Source: a virus
Length of the DNA stretch: 64,000 nucleotides
Virus record (IMG/VR): IMGVR_UViG_3300032401_001693
Coordinates: 37,812 to 101,811 of that record
Reading direction: 5' to 3' (one strand)
Numbering within the stretch: position 1 is the stretch's first letter; each line of letters opens with the position of its first letter. The position numbers and the translations under genes were made by a program. The notes beneath the pieces were generated by a model. That model was not told where the DNA came from, ran no database searches, and saw only the letters and a list, made by a program, of their open reading frames with translations. Below, one piece after another: positions 35,705 to 46,406 of the stretch.

Positions 35705-35722
35705 TTTTATATAAATCATAAT
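35705..35722 (+). promoter_or_regulatory. putative late promoter motif TTTTATATAAATCATAAT
   Basis: Identical 18-mer to 14237-14254, upstream of the first glycosyltransferase. Confidence 0.6.
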
Positions 35723-35760
35723 GAACGTGAAAAATAGAAATTTGTTAGGAGAAATGAAAC

Positions 35761-37617
35761 TTGAACGGATGCCCTTCTTTAGAATCTAATCCCAAAAAAC
35801 TAGCAATTCTAATAGCTCGCCAGCAGGGAGGTCTTGGTGATATCCTTATGCTGACTCCCACTATTAGAGCCATCAAAGAGCAGAACCCAAACATTCCCAT
35901 TGTGATGAGCACTAGTGGTCAGTATGGGAACAACGTACTTGTTGAAGTCCTCAAGAATAATTCCTATATAGATAAAATTATATCAGTCAAAGATCTTATT
36001 GATTACGACTTTCAGAAAGTCTACAACTTTGGGACTTCTCAGGAGGTTTTTATTGAGTCAGATTCTAAGCACTCTACTGGCAACCGGATTGACATATTTG
36101 CTGAGATGGCTGGTATAGAGCTTAAAGACAAGCAGACTGTTTATGCTATTACTGATGAGGAGAAAGAATGGGCAAAGAAATGGATAATTGAAGCTATACC
36201 ATCTGAAAGGAGGAAGTTAATAGGTATTCAGGCTCACTCTTTAGCGACTAAAAGAAACTGGCCTGAGGAGAAACTTCAGCTTCTTTCGTTTTTAATAGTA
36301 AATACCTGGTATGATGCTTCTGTTCTTCTGTTTTGTGAAAGTTTAGAAGGAATTAACTTCAAAAATTATCCAAATATCTATATTATTTCTGGGTTTCCAA
36401 TCCGACAGGTAGCTGCTTTAATGAATGAATGTGAGGTGTTTGTAGCGCCTGATAGTGGATTGCTGCATTTGGCAGGAGCTCTGCAAAAGAAAACTGTTGC
36501 TATAATGGGGTCTATTAGGCCAGAGTCTAGGATAGCTTATTATCCAAATGCTAGGGAAGTGTATCAGTATTATGGTTGTAGCCCGTGTTTTTATGAACGG
36601 TGCTTCCGTGGTTTTTCCTGCATGAGAGAAATACCAGTAGAATCCGTGCTGGATAGAGTGAGTAGTTTTCTTGATGGTAAATTAGAAGATAAGAAGGAGA
36701 TCTGTGTAGTTCGCGAAGAGGGAGTTGGTGATCTAATAATGCTCAGTTCTGCTTTAAAAACTATGAAAGATTTGAATCCAGATACTAATATAACTTTGGC
36801 GACAGTTCCTACTCTTATTGGTGTTTTCAAAGGCTTGGACTTTTTGAAAGATGTGATACCAATAGCAGATGTGCACAAGTTTAGTTTTGACAAAGTTATA
36901 GATCTTAGGAGAAAGGTTGAAAGTCCAGAAGTCGGAGGTACTTTAGATACCTACACCTACAAAACTGCTAATAGAATAGATGTTTTTGAGATGCTGTTAG
37001 GTATTTCTAGCAAATCTACCAAGAAGTATCCTAGTGTTATAGTAAAGGAAGAGTTGGTGGAAAAGATGAAAAGCAGAATCAAGTACACTGCTAAAAAGAA
37101 ATGGTTGTGTTTTCAACCAACCTGTACTTCTAACACTAGAACTCTTCCTCCGGAGTATATTCCAGAAATTTTAGAGTTGTTGAGTAAAATCAAGGATTTA
37201 AAGGTAATATTAGTAGGTAAGACTGAGTTTTGGCATGGCCAGAGGCCACTGGTTGATTTGAGGGACATCGAAATGAAGAATGTGATAAATCTAATGGATA
37301 GGATTAATGTGGAGGAACTGGTGGCTCTGGTATCCTTGACAGACTATGTTTTGGCTCCGGATTCAGCTGCTGTTCATATAGCGGCGGCTTTAGGAAAGAA
37401 ATGCCTAGCCTTATTTGGTAATATGGATCCCTACACTAGAATTTACTATTATCCTACAGTAAAGGTTCTTTATCCAGAAGGAGAACTAAAGTGTGTGCCT
37501 TGTCACGATTTTCAGAATCCTTGTAAATTAACCAAACAGATCGGAGGAGAATGTATGAGAAGATTAACTCCAGGGAGGATTTTTCGGGAAATGGTGAATT
37601 GGTTTGGATTGTTCTGA
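35761..37617 (+). CDS. tandem two-domain GT9 (heptosyltransferase-like) glycosyltransferase
   Basis: GGLGDILMLTP...RNWPEE...APDSGLLHLAGAL..K; second copy GVGDLIMLS...APDSAAVHIAAALGK; each ends in CxPC...C...CM. Confidence 0.85.
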   Translation: MNGCPSLESNPKKLAILIARQQGGLGDILMLTPTIRAIKEQNPNIPIVMSTSGQYGNNVLVEVLKNNSYIDKIISVKDLIDYDFQKVYNFGTSQEVFIESDSKHSTGNRIDIFAEMAGIELKDKQTVYAITDEEKEWAKKWIIEAIPSERRKLIGIQAHSLATKRNWPEEKLQLLSFLIVNTWYDASVLLFCESLEGINFKNYPNIYIISGFPIRQVAALMNECEVFVAPDSGLLHLAGALQKKTVAIMGSIRPESRIAYYPNAREVYQYYGCSPCFYERCFRGFSCMREIPVESVLDRVSSFLDGKLEDKKEICVVREEGVGDLIMLSSALKTMKDLNPDTNITLATVPTLIGVFKGLDFLKDVIPIADVHKFSFDKVIDLRRKVESPEVGGTLDTYTYKTANRIDVFEMLLGISSKSTKKYPSVIVKEELVEKMKSRIKYTAKKKWLCFQPTCTSNTRTLPPEYIPEILELLSKIKDLKVILVGKTEFWHGQRPLVDLRDIEMKNVINLMDRINVEELVALVSLTDYVLAPDSAAVHIAAALGKKCLALFGNMDPYTRIYYYPTVKVLYPEGELKCVPCHDFQNPCKLTKQIGGECMRRLTPGRIFREMVNWFGLF

Positions 37618-37635
37618 AAATGGGATAGAATAGGT

Positions 37636-37708
37636 GTTAAAACATACCCTGAGGCTTTAAATTCTGAGTTGTACGAGGTTTTAATTAGTTGTTAGACATT
37701 TGGTATAT
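37636..37708. repeat. intergenic bipartite repeat, copy 1
   Basis: GTTAAAA..TACC..AGGCTTTAAATTCTGAGTT-N21-TTAGACATTTG.TATAT, shared with 59926-60000. Confidence 0.75.
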
Positions 37709-37787
37709 GGTAGAAATGGATGGGAAGTAAGTAAAAATGATTTTATTTAATGATTCTAATAGGTTATGGAGTAACAAGTTCTGGAGG

Positions 37788-38015
37788 ATGGATATGAAGG
37801 ATAAATTTTTGTGGAATGCAACTAAGTATGGCAGTGTCAGGGCTAGTAGTATTAGAAACTTTACTGTAGAAGAGGATCAAGGTCTATACATAGTATTGGC
37901 ATGGATGAGTGATGAGGAGAGTATAAAGATGGGAGGATTTGATACTCTAGATGAGGCTAGGAGATTTCTGGTAGATCTTCACAAGCAGATTGAGGAACCA
38001 GTGTATGAAGAGTAG
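37788..38015 (+). CDS. hypothetical protein
   Basis: GGAGG upstream of MDMKD; overlaps the next gene. Confidence 0.55.
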   Translation: MDMKDKFLWNATKYGSVRASSIRNFTVEEDQGLYIVLAWMSDEESIKMGGFDTLDEARRFLVDLHKQIEEPVYEE

Positions 38016-38730
38016 GGCGATTTGGATGGTTATACGAGATGAGGAGTTTTTTATAGATCTGGCTATTCAGTCAGTTATTGACTATGTAGATGGGATGTAT
38101 ATACTAGATACTGGAAGCAAAGATGGAACCTTTTCTAAAATCTTCGAGTTCCAACGTAAAAATACTAAAATTATCTATGAATATAAGGAGTTTGGTGGTG
38201 ATAGAAAGTTTGGTGTAGGATATAGAGAGGTAGATGCTAGAAACTATGCTGCGTCAAGGTGTAAGCAGATTTTTGATCCCTATTGGATTATTACATTGGA
38301 TGCCGATGAAGTTTTTAATAGTAGATATTTTGAGATACTGTCTTCTTTTACGGGTGATTGTCTAGCTCATTCTGCTAGTTTGCCAACTTCTTTAACTACG
38401 GTATCTAACCACCCTCTCGACTGTGAAAAATGGGATGGAATTAGGCTGTTTACTCCATCTATTAGAGTATGGAGATCAGATATTCCAGTGATCTATACAC
38501 TAAGGGAGGGTCAACATTGTGTTCCAAGAGTAGAAGGGTTTAAAGATTATTTGGCTTTACCAGGTAGAGTGATCACCCAAGATCATGTTCATTTTCATCT
38601 GCACAGGGCTTTTGGACCCACTTCTAGTAAAGAGGAATTTGAGAAGTTTGCTAAATATTCAATTTCTATGACTCATCCACTTCCGGAGTTTGTGATTGAC
38701 AGGTGGAGAGAATGGGGGTTTAATTGCTAA
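38005..38730 (+). CDS. GT2-family (GT-A) glycosyltransferase
   Basis: IRDEE, ILDTGSKDGT, ARN, WIITLDADE. Confidence 0.8.
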   Translation: MKSRAIWMVIRDEEFFIDLAIQSVIDYVDGMYILDTGSKDGTFSKIFEFQRKNTKIIYEYKEFGGDRKFGVGYREVDARNYAASRCKQIFDPYWIITLDADEVFNSRYFEILSSFTGDCLAHSASLPTSLTTVSNHPLDCEKWDGIRLFTPSIRVWRSDIPVIYTLREGQHCVPRVEGFKDYLALPGRVITQDHVHFHLHRAFGPTSSKEEFEKFAKYSISMTHPLPEFVIDRWREWGFNC

Positions 38731-39449
38731 CTAATATCTACAAATCAGGTGATAAGTTTGAACAGTTGTGGTATAAACTAGCCCCAGAGTATAATGATGT
38801 GGGAAAGGCGGTATTAAATAATAGTGGATTAACTCAGAAAAAGCATGAAATAATAGAATTATGGCAGTTATTTGATAGACTGCAATCAGATATTATAGTA
38901 GAGATAGGGGTATCCCAGGGTGGAACTTTTGCTGGTTGGTGTCAGTTGGCTTCCACCGATGCTTTGATTATCGGAATTGATAGAGATGTTAATGATTGCT
39001 GGCCACGAAGGGGGGATATGGTACATCCCGATATTGCAGGCCCTGAGTTTAGAATGACTGAGCAAGGTGGTGGTATGTATAGTTTAAAAAGAAAGGAATC
39101 AAATCAAACTATTATTCCTATAAATGGGTGGTCTTATGAATCTAAAACTGTTTTAAAGTTACAAGAAGTTCTAAATGGTTGTAGAATAGACTTTTTGTTC
39201 CATGATGCTAGTCATAAATATGAAGATACAGTAAGGGATTTTGAATTGTATTGGCCATTAATTGAGTCAGGAGGGGTGATGGCCTTTCACGATATTGCTT
39301 ATAGTAGTGTTGCCGAGGTGACTAAGTGGAAATTTTGGAGGGAAATTATACACACGGGTCCTCAAGAAATTTCTTATACTTATGAGTATAATGATAGGTT
39401 TGACCAGTCAATGGGTATCGGGGTTTTATTTAAAGGAGGAGAAAAATGA
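38724..39449 (+). CDS. class I SAM-dependent O-methyltransferase (Methyltransf_24-like)
   Basis: IVEIGVSQGGT, IDFLFHDASHKYE, GGVMAFHD. Confidence 0.8.
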   Translation: MLTNIYKSGDKFEQLWYKLAPEYNDVGKAVLNNSGLTQKKHEIIELWQLFDRLQSDIIVEIGVSQGGTFAGWCQLASTDALIIGIDRDVNDCWPRRGDMVHPDIAGPEFRMTEQGGGMYSLKRKESNQTIIPINGWSYESKTVLKLQEVLNGCRIDFLFHDASHKYEDTVRDFELYWPLIESGGVMAFHDIAYSSVAEVTKWKFWREIIHTGPQEISYTYEYNDRFDQSMGIGVLFKGGEK

Positions 39450-40537
39450 AGTCAGCTACTGTGGTAATTCCACACGCCTTAACGACAAAGTTTACTCAGA
39501 TTGCGGTTGCATCTTTAAAAGAGTTTAGTAATGACCATGATTTTGACATTGTGGTGGTGGATAATTCTCCTGGTAATCCTTCTATCCGTGGTATATCTGA
39601 AACTAGTTTAGGAGAAGGGGTGAAAGTTCTGGAAAATAAGTATTATCCTATCCATGCTTGTGCGTTAGATTTTGTTCTTGCTGATTGTGAAACTCCTTAT
39701 TTCTTTGCTACGGAGTCAGATGCCCAAGCTTTAAAGGACCATTGGTTGGATAGATACTTTGAACAAATGAGAGACGAGCATGTGGCTATGGTTGGATGGT
39801 ATTGGATAGGGGCGGATAAAGATAGGGACTATATAGCTCCTTGTGCTACTCTCTATAATACTAAAATACTAAAAAGAATCCAGGCTCAGATTCATCTAAA
39901 TGATAATAACATAATTTGCTATGGGACGGGATTGAAGAGGAGGTACGATTTGGCAGCTCAGCATGAGTTTGAGGCTGTAGTTAAAAACAGGTATCATGGT
40001 CCTTTTTCTGAACAAAGAGGATTTCAGGAAATATGGAGTTTTAGGGATGGGAAGTTCTACCAGGAACCAGGAGCATGGTGTTACTATCGTTGCCAGATAG
40101 AGTATGAATGTGTGAAAGTATATGGTGTAGGTCTTTATAATGAAAATCCACATGTTGCCGATGGAACTTGGTATTTAGATACTCCAATAGAAGAGGGTGA
40201 TAACAAGTTTTGGATTTATGATCCAACTGAGAAAAAGTCTCAAGATTATAAAGATTTTGTAAAAAAGGAAGCTTATTATGTTCACCATTGGGGAGGTACG
40301 GTTTCACATAATTGGGAGAGGTTTCCATTAATTATGGAATGGGAGAGGCGTGCTCTACCTTGGTGGGTAGATCGCGAAGATAGGATTTGGAGGGAAGTTG
40401 TACCAGAGAGTGTTAGGCGTAAGACCCTGGAGATGGGATTAGTTAAAACTGGTGAAGAGGAGAGGGAATTTATTTTAAACCATCCCCACTATAAGGGCGT
40501 TGATAAGAGTTTGATTAATTATGGTGGACAATGGTAA
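39446..40537 (+). CDS. GT-A fold glycosyltransferase-like protein
   Basis: TVVIPH, DIVVVDNS, HACALD, TESDA (ExD), YYVHHWGG. Confidence 0.65.
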   Translation: MKSATVVIPHALTTKFTQIAVASLKEFSNDHDFDIVVVDNSPGNPSIRGISETSLGEGVKVLENKYYPIHACALDFVLADCETPYFFATESDAQALKDHWLDRYFEQMRDEHVAMVGWYWIGADKDRDYIAPCATLYNTKILKRIQAQIHLNDNNIICYGTGLKRRYDLAAQHEFEAVVKNRYHGPFSEQRGFQEIWSFRDGKFYQEPGAWCYYRCQIEYECVKVYGVGLYNENPHVADGTWYLDTPIEEGDNKFWIYDPTEKKSQDYKDFVKKEAYYVHHWGGTVSHNWERFPLIMEWERRALPWWVDREDRIWREVVPESVRRKTLEMGLVKTGEEEREFILNHPHYKGVDKSLINYGGQW

Positions 40538-41448
40538 AAGTTTTAACAGTATTTTCAGCGATTAGAGATGAGGAGTTTTATATTGAGATGGCCATTAGGT
40601 CTGTGGTTGAGAGATCTTTTGGTGTTTATTTGCAGGACACTGGTAGTAAGGATAAAACTGTTAGCATAGTAAAAAATCTTCAATTAGAGTATCCTAAGAA
40701 GATAGTTCTTGAGGAAAAGTATTTTGGTGGTAAGTATAGGTTTGACTTTGGTCCTTGGGCGGTGGGTCAGCCACCTACTGGATTTGATGAAGCTAAAGCC
40801 AGAGCCCACGGAAGTCAAAGGGCTATAGAAGCGTTCCCAGATTATGATTGGATACTTTCTATTGATGCAGATGAAATAGTTTCTGATAAAATGTTTAGTG
40901 AGGTAGATAGGGCGTCTGGACTAGGGGCGTTTCAGTTGGGGCATGCTACACTTTGTCCTATGACTCCATATACTATTTCTAATAGACCAGAAGATTTCAA
41001 GACTATAAGTAATACCTTACATAATGTTTCACACCGGCTGTTTGACCCCCACATAAGGGCCTGGAGTAAGAAGTTATCTGTCGTATTTGGATATGGAAGT
41101 GGAGGTTATCATATTTGGCAGAATGTGTCAGATGTTGGTAGGTTGGTTTCTGATGAACAGATTCATTTTCACCTACATTATGGATTTGGTCCAAAGAGTG
41201 TTCATGGGTGGTTATGCCAGTGGACTGATACTGCTAAAGGGTTTGCTAAATCTGTAGGGATACCCGAGGAGTTTTGTGAGGAGCAGCGGTCGTACGAAGA
41301 AAGGTTTCCAGATTGGTTTGTTGGAGGGAGATTCAAGCCAAAGTCGGAAGTTTTGAAAAGTGTTTTGGATAAATCTATTTTGCTAAAAGATTCATTACCT
41401 AAGTTTGTGGTGGATAAGTGGAAGGAATGGGGAGATTATGAAACTTGA
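40531..41448 (+). CDS. GT2-family glycosyltransferase, paralog of 38005..38730
   Basis: IRDEEFYI, QDTGSKDKT, WILSIDADE, HFHLHYGFGP, LPKFVVDKWKEWG. Confidence 0.8.
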   Translation: MVKVLTVFSAIRDEEFYIEMAIRSVVERSFGVYLQDTGSKDKTVSIVKNLQLEYPKKIVLEEKYFGGKYRFDFGPWAVGQPPTGFDEAKARAHGSQRAIEAFPDYDWILSIDADEIVSDKMFSEVDRASGLGAFQLGHATLCPMTPYTISNRPEDFKTISNTLHNVSHRLFDPHIRAWSKKLSVVFGYGSGGYHIWQNVSDVGRLVSDEQIHFHLHYGFGPKSVHGWLCQWTDTAKGFAKSVGIPEEFCEEQRSYEERFPDWFVGGRFKPKSEVLKSVLDKSILLKDSLPKFVVDKWKEWGDYET

Positions 41449-42403
41449 AGGTAAAGTTGTAGTAGTGACTGGTGGAGAAGGATTTATAGGAAGTCATCTA
41501 GTGGATAGATTGATTAAGGAGAATCCGGAAGAAATTACTGTCTTTAGCAATTTGTTATTAGGAAATATCAAGAATTTAGAAGATTCTATATCTTATCCTG
41601 TAATTGTACACCAGGCAGATTTGTCTAGCAGGGATGATGTTTTTAGATTTTTTAGATATACAGAAAAACCTGATGTGATTTTTAATTTGGCAGTTACTGG
41701 ATTATTGCAGTCTTTGGAAGATCCCGAGTTGGTTGTTAAGAAGAATATAGATATGACTCTAAACCTATGTGAGGCGCAAAGACTGGGAATGTTTAGGACA
41801 CTCGTCCAATTTTCGTCTTCAGAGGCTTATGGTACCTCTATTGAAAGCCCTATGAGTGAGGATCATCCAGTAAATCCTACTACTCCTTACGGTGCTAGTA
41901 AGTTGGCTACTGACTATATAGCTTTATCTTATCAGAATGCGTTTGGGTTAGACACTTCTGTGGTTAGACCTTTCAACGCTTATGGGCCAAGACAAAATGC
42001 GGGTGATTATGCTGGTTTGATTCCTTTGACAATAAATAGGGTTCTTGATGGAGGGCCACTTTATATTAACGGAGGTGGTGAGCAAAGACGTGACTATGTT
42101 TATGTTGCTGATATTGCTGATGCTACAGTGAGGATTTGTGAGAATGAGAAAACACGGAGGAAAGTAATAAATATAGGGTCAGGTAGTGATGTATCTATAA
42201 ATCAGGTAGTGGATATTATAGCTAAGGAGATGAATTACTCTGGACAGATTATACATAGAGAGGAAAGACAAGGAGAAGTTAAGAGGTTGATAGCTGACAT
42301 AGGGTTAGCTAAAAGTTTAATAGGTTACTATCCGTCGGTTAGCTTTGAAGAGGGAATAAAATCTACTATTGATTGGTACAAAAAGAAAGGAGGTAGTAAA
42401 TGA
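41438..42403 (+). CDS. NAD-dependent nucleotide-sugar epimerase/dehydratase (extended SDR)
   Basis: TGGEGFIGSHL, SSSEAYG, YGASK (YxxxK), RPFNAYGP, QRRDYVYV. Confidence 0.9.
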   Translation: MKLEGKVVVVTGGEGFIGSHLVDRLIKENPEEITVFSNLLLGNIKNLEDSISYPVIVHQADLSSRDDVFRFFRYTEKPDVIFNLAVTGLLQSLEDPELVVKKNIDMTLNLCEAQRLGMFRTLVQFSSSEAYGTSIESPMSEDHPVNPTTPYGASKLATDYIALSYQNAFGLDTSVVRPFNAYGPRQNAGDYAGLIPLTINRVLDGGPLYINGGGEQRRDYVYVADIADATVRICENEKTRRKVINIGSGSDVSINQVVDIIAKEMNYSGQIIHREERQGEVKRLIADIGLAKSLIGYYPSVSFEEGIKSTIDWYKKKGGSK

Positions 42404-42930
42404 GCAGTGGAATTTATACGGATGTTCATCCAGGAACTGTGCTTGGGGAAAATGTAAGGATTAGTAGTTTTGTAGTAATAGAGGAGGGATGTGAGATTGG
42501 GGGTGGTACATTCTTAGGAGTAGGATGTGTACTAAGACCTAATACTAAGATTGGGAAGAATTGTGTGATTGGTCATTATTGTATTTTTGAGGGAGGTTGT
42601 GTTGTTGGTGATGGGGTTACAATAGGGCCACATGGAGTTATTACACGGAATGCTGTTGTGGGGGATGAGGTGTTTTTCGGTCCACATTATGTAGGAATAA
42701 ATGATAGAAAGATGGGTTACCACAGAAAAGATGTAGTTCTTACACCACCTCTTATAAAACGAGCGGTAAGAATAGGGTGTAGTGTGGTTGTTTTGCCTGG
42801 TGTTATAGTAGGTGAAAATTCTGTTGTTGGAGCTTGTTCAGTAGTTACAAAAGATGTGGCTCCTAGAACTATAGTTTTTGGAGCTCCTGCTAGGGTTAAG
42901 GGGGAAGTACCTGAGGAAGAGATTTTATGA
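42400..42930 (+). CDS. hexapeptide-repeat (LbH) sugar acyltransferase
   Basis: Hexapeptide repeats; LPGVIVGENSVVGACSVVTKDV...GAPAR. Confidence 0.85.
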   Translation: MSSGIYTDVHPGTVLGENVRISSFVVIEEGCEIGGGTFLGVGCVLRPNTKIGKNCVIGHYCIFEGGCVVGDGVTIGPHGVITRNAVVGDEVFFGPHYVGINDRKMGYHRKDVVLTPPLIKRAVRIGCSVVVLPGVIVGENSVVGACSVVTKDVAPRTIVFGAPARVKGEVPEEEIL

Positions 42931-43526
42931 AATTTGTTGCTATAGGGGATTGTCAGACTGGGCACTATTCCAGTGAAGATCAAGACACTGGTGACTACTT
43001 TTGGTCAAATATAGTTAAATCTAGTTTGCCTAATTCTGTTTTAGTTAGTAGAGGAAGTGAGCTTACGGGGTGGCATGGGTGGTGGAATAGATGGAAGGAG
43101 TATGTTTTGGATGAAAAACCGGATGTAGTTGTAGTATTTGGTGGAATTTATCATTTTTCCTTTGACTTAGACCCTAATCCTGAGTTACAAGAAATTGCTA
43201 CTAAAATGTCTAAGTCTGCTAAGGAAAATGGGATTGTACTGGTGCTAGTCTCTATGCAACCATTTAAAGATTCTTTCTTCTGGAATGAGGAGAGGCAGGG
43301 TTGGTTAGATACGTTTAATATGTGGTTGTCTGAGTTTTGTTCTTCAAGTGGTGATATTTTTATTGATGCATTTAACCTTTTAACTGAACCTGGAACAAAG
43401 GATTCTAAAGAAGAGTATAGATATATCGGTTCTATTCCAGGTACTTTTGCATTTTATCTGAATGTAAGTGGTCATAAAGTATTAGGTGAATTTATAGCCA
43501 AGCGTTTGGCCGAGTTGCAAAGATGA
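42927..43526 (+). CDS. SGNH/GDSL-fold protein with degenerate catalytic motifs
   Basis: FVAIGDCQT (GDS-like with Cys), KPDVVVVFGG, FIDAF, LNVSGHKVLGEFIA. Confidence 0.55.
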   Translation: MKFVAIGDCQTGHYSSEDQDTGDYFWSNIVKSSLPNSVLVSRGSELTGWHGWWNRWKEYVLDEKPDVVVVFGGIYHFSFDLDPNPELQEIATKMSKSAKENGIVLVLVSMQPFKDSFFWNEERQGWLDTFNMWLSEFCSSSGDIFIDAFNLLTEPGTKDSKEEYRYIGSIPGTFAFYLNVSGHKVLGEFIAKRLAELQR

Positions 43527-44458
43527 AACTGGATATTTTTACAAGTACTGGGATTAAACTTCTTAGAAATCCAGAATTATTGATGGCGTGGAAGCTAAAA
43601 AATCCAATACCTCGGTCTCTTCAGGTTGCCCCTACAGAGAGGTGCAATCTGAAATGTCGTTTTTGCTCGGTGGTGAATAGAAGTAAAAAGTTTGAACTTC
43701 CTATTGCAGATTTAATCTGTGCTACGGAGAAATTCATAGGGTTAGGTATAAGGACTGTAGAAATAACTGGTGGTGGGGAGCCATTATGCTATCCAGATCT
43801 TGATACATATTTGGAATTTCTTGAACCACGTGTAAAGATTGGATTGATAACTAATGGTATAGGTATAAATAAACACAAGCCCTTTCTTAAGAAAGTTTCT
43901 TGGATTAGGATCTCTGCAAATGTTTTTGATTATACTGGTGAGATAGAGATACCTGAAAGATTTATGGGCACTTTGGGGTTTAGTTATGTTTGGACTGAAG
44001 GATTATCTACTATTCGAACACTTGAGCAAATAAAGAAGATGGCACTGAAAAACAATGTCAAGTATATTCGGTTAGTTCCTAATTGTATAGCTACAAAAGA
44101 AGAGCAGAAAAGTAATAATAGATATCTTGCTATGGTTGCTAAGAAGATAGGAGAACCTTTGTTTTTCCAACCGAAGGAATTTAATACTCCAAACAATTGT
44201 TACTGGGGTTATTTGAAGCCTTTTCTATACGCGGATGGATATGTTTATCCTTGTTCTTCTACGGTTCTTAATCCAGATGCAAATAAACAGTTTAATTCTA
44301 CTTATCGTCTGTGTCATTGGATGGAAATGGATAAGATTTGGAAGTTAGAAATTAAGTCTATGGTAGATACTAAAAGGTGTGAACATTGTGTATTTGGAGA
44401 CCAGAACCGAATGCTAGAATATGCTTTAAATAAGCAGGAACACGAGGATTTTATTTGA
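43523..44458 (+). CDS. radical SAM protein with SPASM/twitch-like C-terminus
   Basis: CNLKCRFC, ITGGGEP, ITNG, C..G...ADGYVYPC...CEHC. Confidence 0.85.
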   Translation: MKLDIFTSTGIKLLRNPELLMAWKLKNPIPRSLQVAPTERCNLKCRFCSVVNRSKKFELPIADLICATEKFIGLGIRTVEITGGGEPLCYPDLDTYLEFLEPRVKIGLITNGIGINKHKPFLKKVSWIRISANVFDYTGEIEIPERFMGTLGFSYVWTEGLSTIRTLEQIKKMALKNNVKYIRLVPNCIATKEEQKSNNRYLAMVAKKIGEPLFFQPKEFNTPNNCYWGYLKPFLYADGYVYPCSSTVLNPDANKQFNSTYRLCHWMEMDKIWKLEIKSMVDTKRCEHCVFGDQNRMLEYALNKQEHEDFI

Positions 44459-45096
44459 TTGACGGATCTATTTACGACGAAGACTACTTTGAGCATGGTA
44501 TAGAGACTGGAAAGTCCTGTTATGTGAACTACAGGTGGATGCCAGAAATGACTATTCAGATGGCTATGTCTTATATTGATTATCTTAGGTTAGGTAGGAA
44601 TGATACTATCTTGGATTTTGGTTGTGCAAAAGGATTTGTGGTGAAAGCTCTTAGGTTACTATATCGGCAGGCATGGGGGTGTGATATTTCTCCGTATGCA
44701 GTTAGTTGTGTAGATTTAGAAACTAGACCTTATGTTAGACTTTCTGACGGAGTATCTGTTCCGTTTGATATATGTTTTGACTATGTGCTATCGAAAGATG
44801 TTTTAGAGCATATTCCAGAGGAAGAGATATTTTATGTGCTGTCAGAGCTCAGGAAGAAAAGTGAGTATTTATTCTCGATAATACCATTAGGAGAGAATGG
44901 TAAGTTTATTGTTCCTATGTACAATTTGGATGTTACTCATGTGCTGGCTAAGGATAAGGATTGGTGGATAGACAAATTTGATGAAGCTGGATGGGATCTG
45001 GTAAATTTTTCCTATTATGTTGGTGGAATAAAAGAGAGTTGGGCAAACTTTAAGCGAGGTAACGGTTTTTTTCTTTTCAGACGTGGCTATATATGA
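44455..45096 (+). CDS. class I SAM-dependent methyltransferase
   Basis: YDEDYF, ILDFGCAKG, GCDIS, DVLEHIP. Confidence 0.85.
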   Translation: MIDGSIYDEDYFEHGIETGKSCYVNYRWMPEMTIQMAMSYIDYLRLGRNDTILDFGCAKGFVVKALRLLYRQAWGCDISPYAVSCVDLETRPYVRLSDGVSVPFDICFDYVLSKDVLEHIPEEEIFYVLSELRKKSEYLFSIIPLGENGKFIVPMYNLDVTHVLAKDKDWWIDKFDEAGWDLVNFSYYVGGIKESWANFKRGNGFFLFRRGYI

Positions 45097-46406
45097 GAAT
45101 TGAACTAATTCATCCTTCTGATCCAAATGCACTGGATGATTGCATGGATGCACCCCTTGGTCTTTTGTTGATTGCTTCTTATCTGAGATTATCTAAGGAT
45201 AATGAGGTGGTGGTCAATGATCTGTCTGGTATAGATGAATCTGATTGGTGTATTGGTGAAGCGGATGTTTACGGGATAACTGTTTATGCTACTTCTCTTA
45301 GAATGACTGAAAGAATTGTAGGACTGTGCAAAGCTAAAAACCCAAACTCTATTGTAGTGGTGGGTGGAGCTCATCCTTCTTGTCTTTCTGATTCTTCCGA
45401 GTTTATGAATAATTCGGATATAGATTTTGTGGTGGTTGGTGAAGGTGAGATTCCTATGGCTAATATAGCTAGTAGAAAACTAGAGAATATTTTAACACAC
45501 GATATGAAAGGAAAAGTAGTATTTGCTGAACCTTTTGACCACTTTCTTTTTCCTTCTTTTGATCTTATAGATGTAAATTCCTATCATAGGAAGGTAGGTG
45601 AATGGTTTTCTCTTCCGCTAGTTACGGCAAAAGGTTGCCCCTTCACCTGTGCTTTCTGTGGGCGCCAGAAAATGCATGAATTGGGAGGATCGGTTAGATT
45701 TGCATCTCCTGAGAATGTTTTCTCCCAAATTAAGAGAATACAGATTGAATTTGGGATACATGCTATTAACTTTCAGGATGACACTTTTACATTGAATAAG
45801 GATAGGCTTTTCAGGATGCTGGATTTAATAAAACCTTTGGATATAAAGTTCAGATGTAATGGAAGGGCGGGCTATGATAATGAGGAAGTTTATAGAAGAC
45901 TAGCAGAGGCTGGGTGTTCACAAGTAGTATGGGGTATAGAATCAGGTTCTCAATATATGCTTGATAGGATGAATAAGAAGGTTAAGGTTCAGGATAACTA
46001 TGATGTTATTAGTTGGGCAAAGAAGTATGGTATCTCTTCAAGGGCATTGCTTTTAATAGGGTTTCCTGGTGAGACCAAAGAGACACTGGAGGAAACTAAG
46101 GAGTTTATAAAGAGGGCAGAACCAGATCAATTTCTGGTGTTTTCTATGGCATGTTATCCTGGGACGGATGTTTGGAATAATCCTTCTAAGTATGGAATAG
46201 TAAAGCTGGATAGAAATTTTGATCAGTATTATCAAGTAGGTAAGGATGGTTTAGGGGGGATGTCTTTCGATACTGAACAGTTGTCTAGGGAAGAATTTAG
46301 AGAGTTGGAAATCGAGTTTAGGTCATGGATGAAGAGTACTGTGGAATTTAGAGGTAGTTTGCAAGATTACGAGAAGGAGCTGTATGGGACAACCTCTAAT
46401 TCTTAA
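45093..46406 (+). CDS. cobalamin-dependent radical SAM enzyme
   Basis: PLGLLLIAS, VVGGAHPS, VVGEGE (B12-binding domain); KGCPFTCAFC; QDDTF; GIESGS; GFPGET. Confidence 0.9.
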   Translation: MRIELIHPSDPNALDDCMDAPLGLLLIASYLRLSKDNEVVVNDLSGIDESDWCIGEADVYGITVYATSLRMTERIVGLCKAKNPNSIVVVGGAHPSCLSDSSEFMNNSDIDFVVVGEGEIPMANIASRKLENILTHDMKGKVVFAEPFDHFLFPSFDLIDVNSYHRKVGEWFSLPLVTAKGCPFTCAFCGRQKMHELGGSVRFASPENVFSQIKRIQIEFGIHAINFQDDTFTLNKDRLFRMLDLIKPLDIKFRCNGRAGYDNEEVYRRLAEAGCSQVVWGIESGSQYMLDRMNKKVKVQDNYDVISWAKKYGISSRALLLIGFPGETKETLEETKEFIKRAEPDQFLVFSMACYPGTDVWNNPSKYGIVKLDRNFDQYYQVGKDGLGGMSFDTEQLSREEFRELEIEFRSWMKSTVEFRGSLQDYEKELYGTTSNS